Source of the DNA: Dehalococcoidia bacterium
GTDB lineage: Bacteria; Chloroflexota; Dehalococcoidia; Lucifugimonadales; UBA6952
Assembly: GCA_045562575.1 (NCBI GenBank)
Contig: JBJKVQ010000021.1
Span: 2,463-66,462 of the forward strand
DNA length: 64,000 nt
Direction: 5' to 3'
Part shown: piece by piece, positions 62,511-64,000 of the stretch
Numbering within the stretch: position 1 is the stretch's first letter
Layout of the letters: each line of letters begins with the position of its first letter
Made by a program: the position numbers and the translations under genes
Notes under the pieces: generated by a model
What the model saw: only the letters and a program-made list of their open reading frames with translations
Told to the model about the DNA's origin: nothing
The model's database searches: none

Positions 62511-63569
62511 TTAATGCAAATATGGATCTAAATTCCCTTTGATATCAGATTCTTCAGCAAATTTATTGATATTTGCAACAGTCGTATCTTCTACATATAT
62601 TCCGTTTTGAATACGATCTTGCTTAGTAATATGTTCAATTTCACCAGGATAATAAACCCGATCATAACCGGAAGCCACTTCAGTTGAACTTAAATCTAAA
62701 GCAAAATCAGTTACTTCTTGTTTAAAAACCTCTAAATCTCTAAAGGCTTCAACATTCATAACAATCATTAAACAACCATCGTTATGAATTCCATCTTTTG
62801 AAACACCAAAACCCAATCCGGTCAATATTCCTGAAAATGTTTCCACTGCAGCCGAAAGACCATATCCTTTGTGACCTTGATCTGCTCCTAATGGTAAAAT
62901 AGCACCACCTTGGCTAAAATCATTTGGATCATTTGTTTGATTTCCATCTTTATCCAAAATCCAACCAAATGGAATATCTTTTCCTCTACTTCTAGCTAAG
63001 TTTATTTTACCAGCAGCAACTGATGAAGTTGCCATATCTACAAACATCGTTCCATCTAAATTACTTGGAAACGCTATGCAAATAGGATTAGTACCCAATT
63101 TCCTTTCTTTACCTCCGAAAGGAACAACCATTTTAGGACCTCTACCTGAATCTGCTGTCATAATGGCTATCATGCCTTCTTTTGCAGCCATGAGTGGGTA
63201 ACTTGCAACTCTTCCCACGTGACTTTGCTGCACGACAGTAATAGCAGCTATATTATCTTCTTGAGCTTTCTTTATTGCTAATTTCATAGCAAAATCAGAT
63301 ACATAATAACCAAATCCCCAATTTCCATTAATTCGAGCAGTTGTACGAGACTCATTATTTATTTCTATTTCAGCACCTGGTTTGATATGTCCACGCTGAA
63401 TTCTATCTATGTAAGTAGGAATTTGAATTACTCCATGAGAATCATGACCTACTAAATTAGCTTCAACAGAGTGCTCTGAAATAAGTGTTGCCTCATCTTC
63501 ACTTGCTCCATATGCTTGCATCAATTGTGAAATAAAAGTTCTTAAGTCATTATGGTTTATTAAAGGCAT
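62511..63569 (-). CDS. Ldh_2 family oxidoreductase (malate/L-lactate/ureidoglycolate/sulfolactate dehydrogenase-like)
   Basis: GHDSHG, SHVGR, PFGG....GTNP, DMATS, HKGYGL, YYPGE. Confidence 0.92.
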   Translation of the reverse strand: MPLINHNDLRTFISQLMQAYGASEDEATLISEHSVEANLVGHDSHGVIQIPTYIDRIQRGHIKPGAEIEINNESRTTARINGNWGFGYYVSDFAMKLAIKKAQEDNIAAITVVQQSHVGRVASYPLMAAKEGMIAIMTADSGRGPKMVVPFGGKERKLGTNPICIAFPSNLDGTMFVDMATSSVAAGKINLARSRGKDIPFGWILDKDGNQTNDPNDFSQGGAILPLGADQGHKGYGLSAAVETFSGILTGLGFGVSKDGIHNDGCLMIVMNVEAFRDLEVFKQEVTDFALDLSSTEVASGYDRVYYPGEIEHITKQDRIQNGIYVEDTTVANINKFAEESDIKGNLDPYLH

Positions 63570-63679
63570 TTCTATCTCCTTATCTCAATATAATCAAGAA
63601 TAACTATATTCATCTTCTAGGTAAGTTTGTATATTATACTCATTATCATAAATTTTTATATAGAAAGAAATGTACAAAT

Positions 63680-64000
63680 ATGAAAATCACAAATATAGAA
63701 ACATTTTTGGTTGATTCTGGATGGTGGCCATTTTTATTTGTAAAAATTGAAACTGATGAAGGGATAACTGGATACGGTGAATGTACTGAAACTAGGCAAC
63801 CGCATGGAGTTGTTGGATCTATTGAAGATTTTTCAAAGCTATTAATTGGAAAAGATCCTCGATCATTTGAAATGCTGTTGTTAGACTTAAAACGTATATC
63901 TATACAAAGTAGAGGCGGAATTGCATACAAAGCTATATCTGGAATCGAATTAGCTCTGTTGGACATTAAAGCCAAGGCTTTAAATATTTCTGTCGTTGAA
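63680..64000 (+). CDS. Mandelate racemase/muconate lactonizing enzyme (enolase superfamily) protein, runs off the window
   Basis: Manual translation MKITNIETFLVDSGWWPFLFVKIETDEGITGYGECT...LIGKDP...AISGIELALLDIKAKAL; absent from the ORF track. Confidence 0.9.
   Translation, partial: MKITNIETFLVDSGWWPFLFVKIETDEGITGYGECTETRQPHGVVGSIEDFSKLLIGKDPRSFEMLLLDLKRISIQSRGGIAYKAISGIELALLDIKAKALNISVVE

Noticed and set aside
63646-63975. 109-aa minus-strand ORF from the track
   Set aside because: It is the antisense shadow of the plus-strand enolase-superfamily gene starting at 63680.

Overview
AT-rich, very densely packed bacterial chromosome segment. The gene repertoire (rpoB/rpoC with lineage-type insertions, yceD-rpmF-fabD-nusB-acpP, multiple family III CoA-transferases, enolase-superfamily, amidohydrolase and MmgE/PrpD genes) suggests a streamlined Chloroflexota, possibly marine SAR202/Dehalococcoidia. 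That placement is an inference, not a computed result. Housekeeping genes (greA, ftsH, fumC, fabI, rpoBC, pcrA, ruvB, ftsK, recF) are interleaved with organic-acid and acyl-CoA catabolic genes. I saw no rRNA, tRNA, CRISPR array or mobile element. Main signals: (1) the ORFs at 13238-13759 and 13778-14134 are one in-frame gene with a UGA in a U-x-x-C-H motif followed by a SECIS-like hairpin. This is a probable PrdB/GrdB-like selenoprotein, lying 4 nt behind an atypical amidohydrolase and without the usual reductase partner genes. (2) A structured leader at about 31810-31940 (minus strand) carries two copies of a GCAAGG...CCGAAGG internal-loop hairpin, a U-tract and a 20-codon leader ORF, upstream of a CoA-lyase/CoA-transferase cluster. 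It is a candidate undescribed cis-regulatory RNA. (3) A 1817-aa surface lipoprotein with apparently nested PPC-like domains. (4) GreA fused to an integrase core-binding-like domain. (5) An oxalyl-CoA synthetase/reductase-like pair. (6) A perfect sigma70 promoter followed by a terminator-like hairpin in the rpoB leader.
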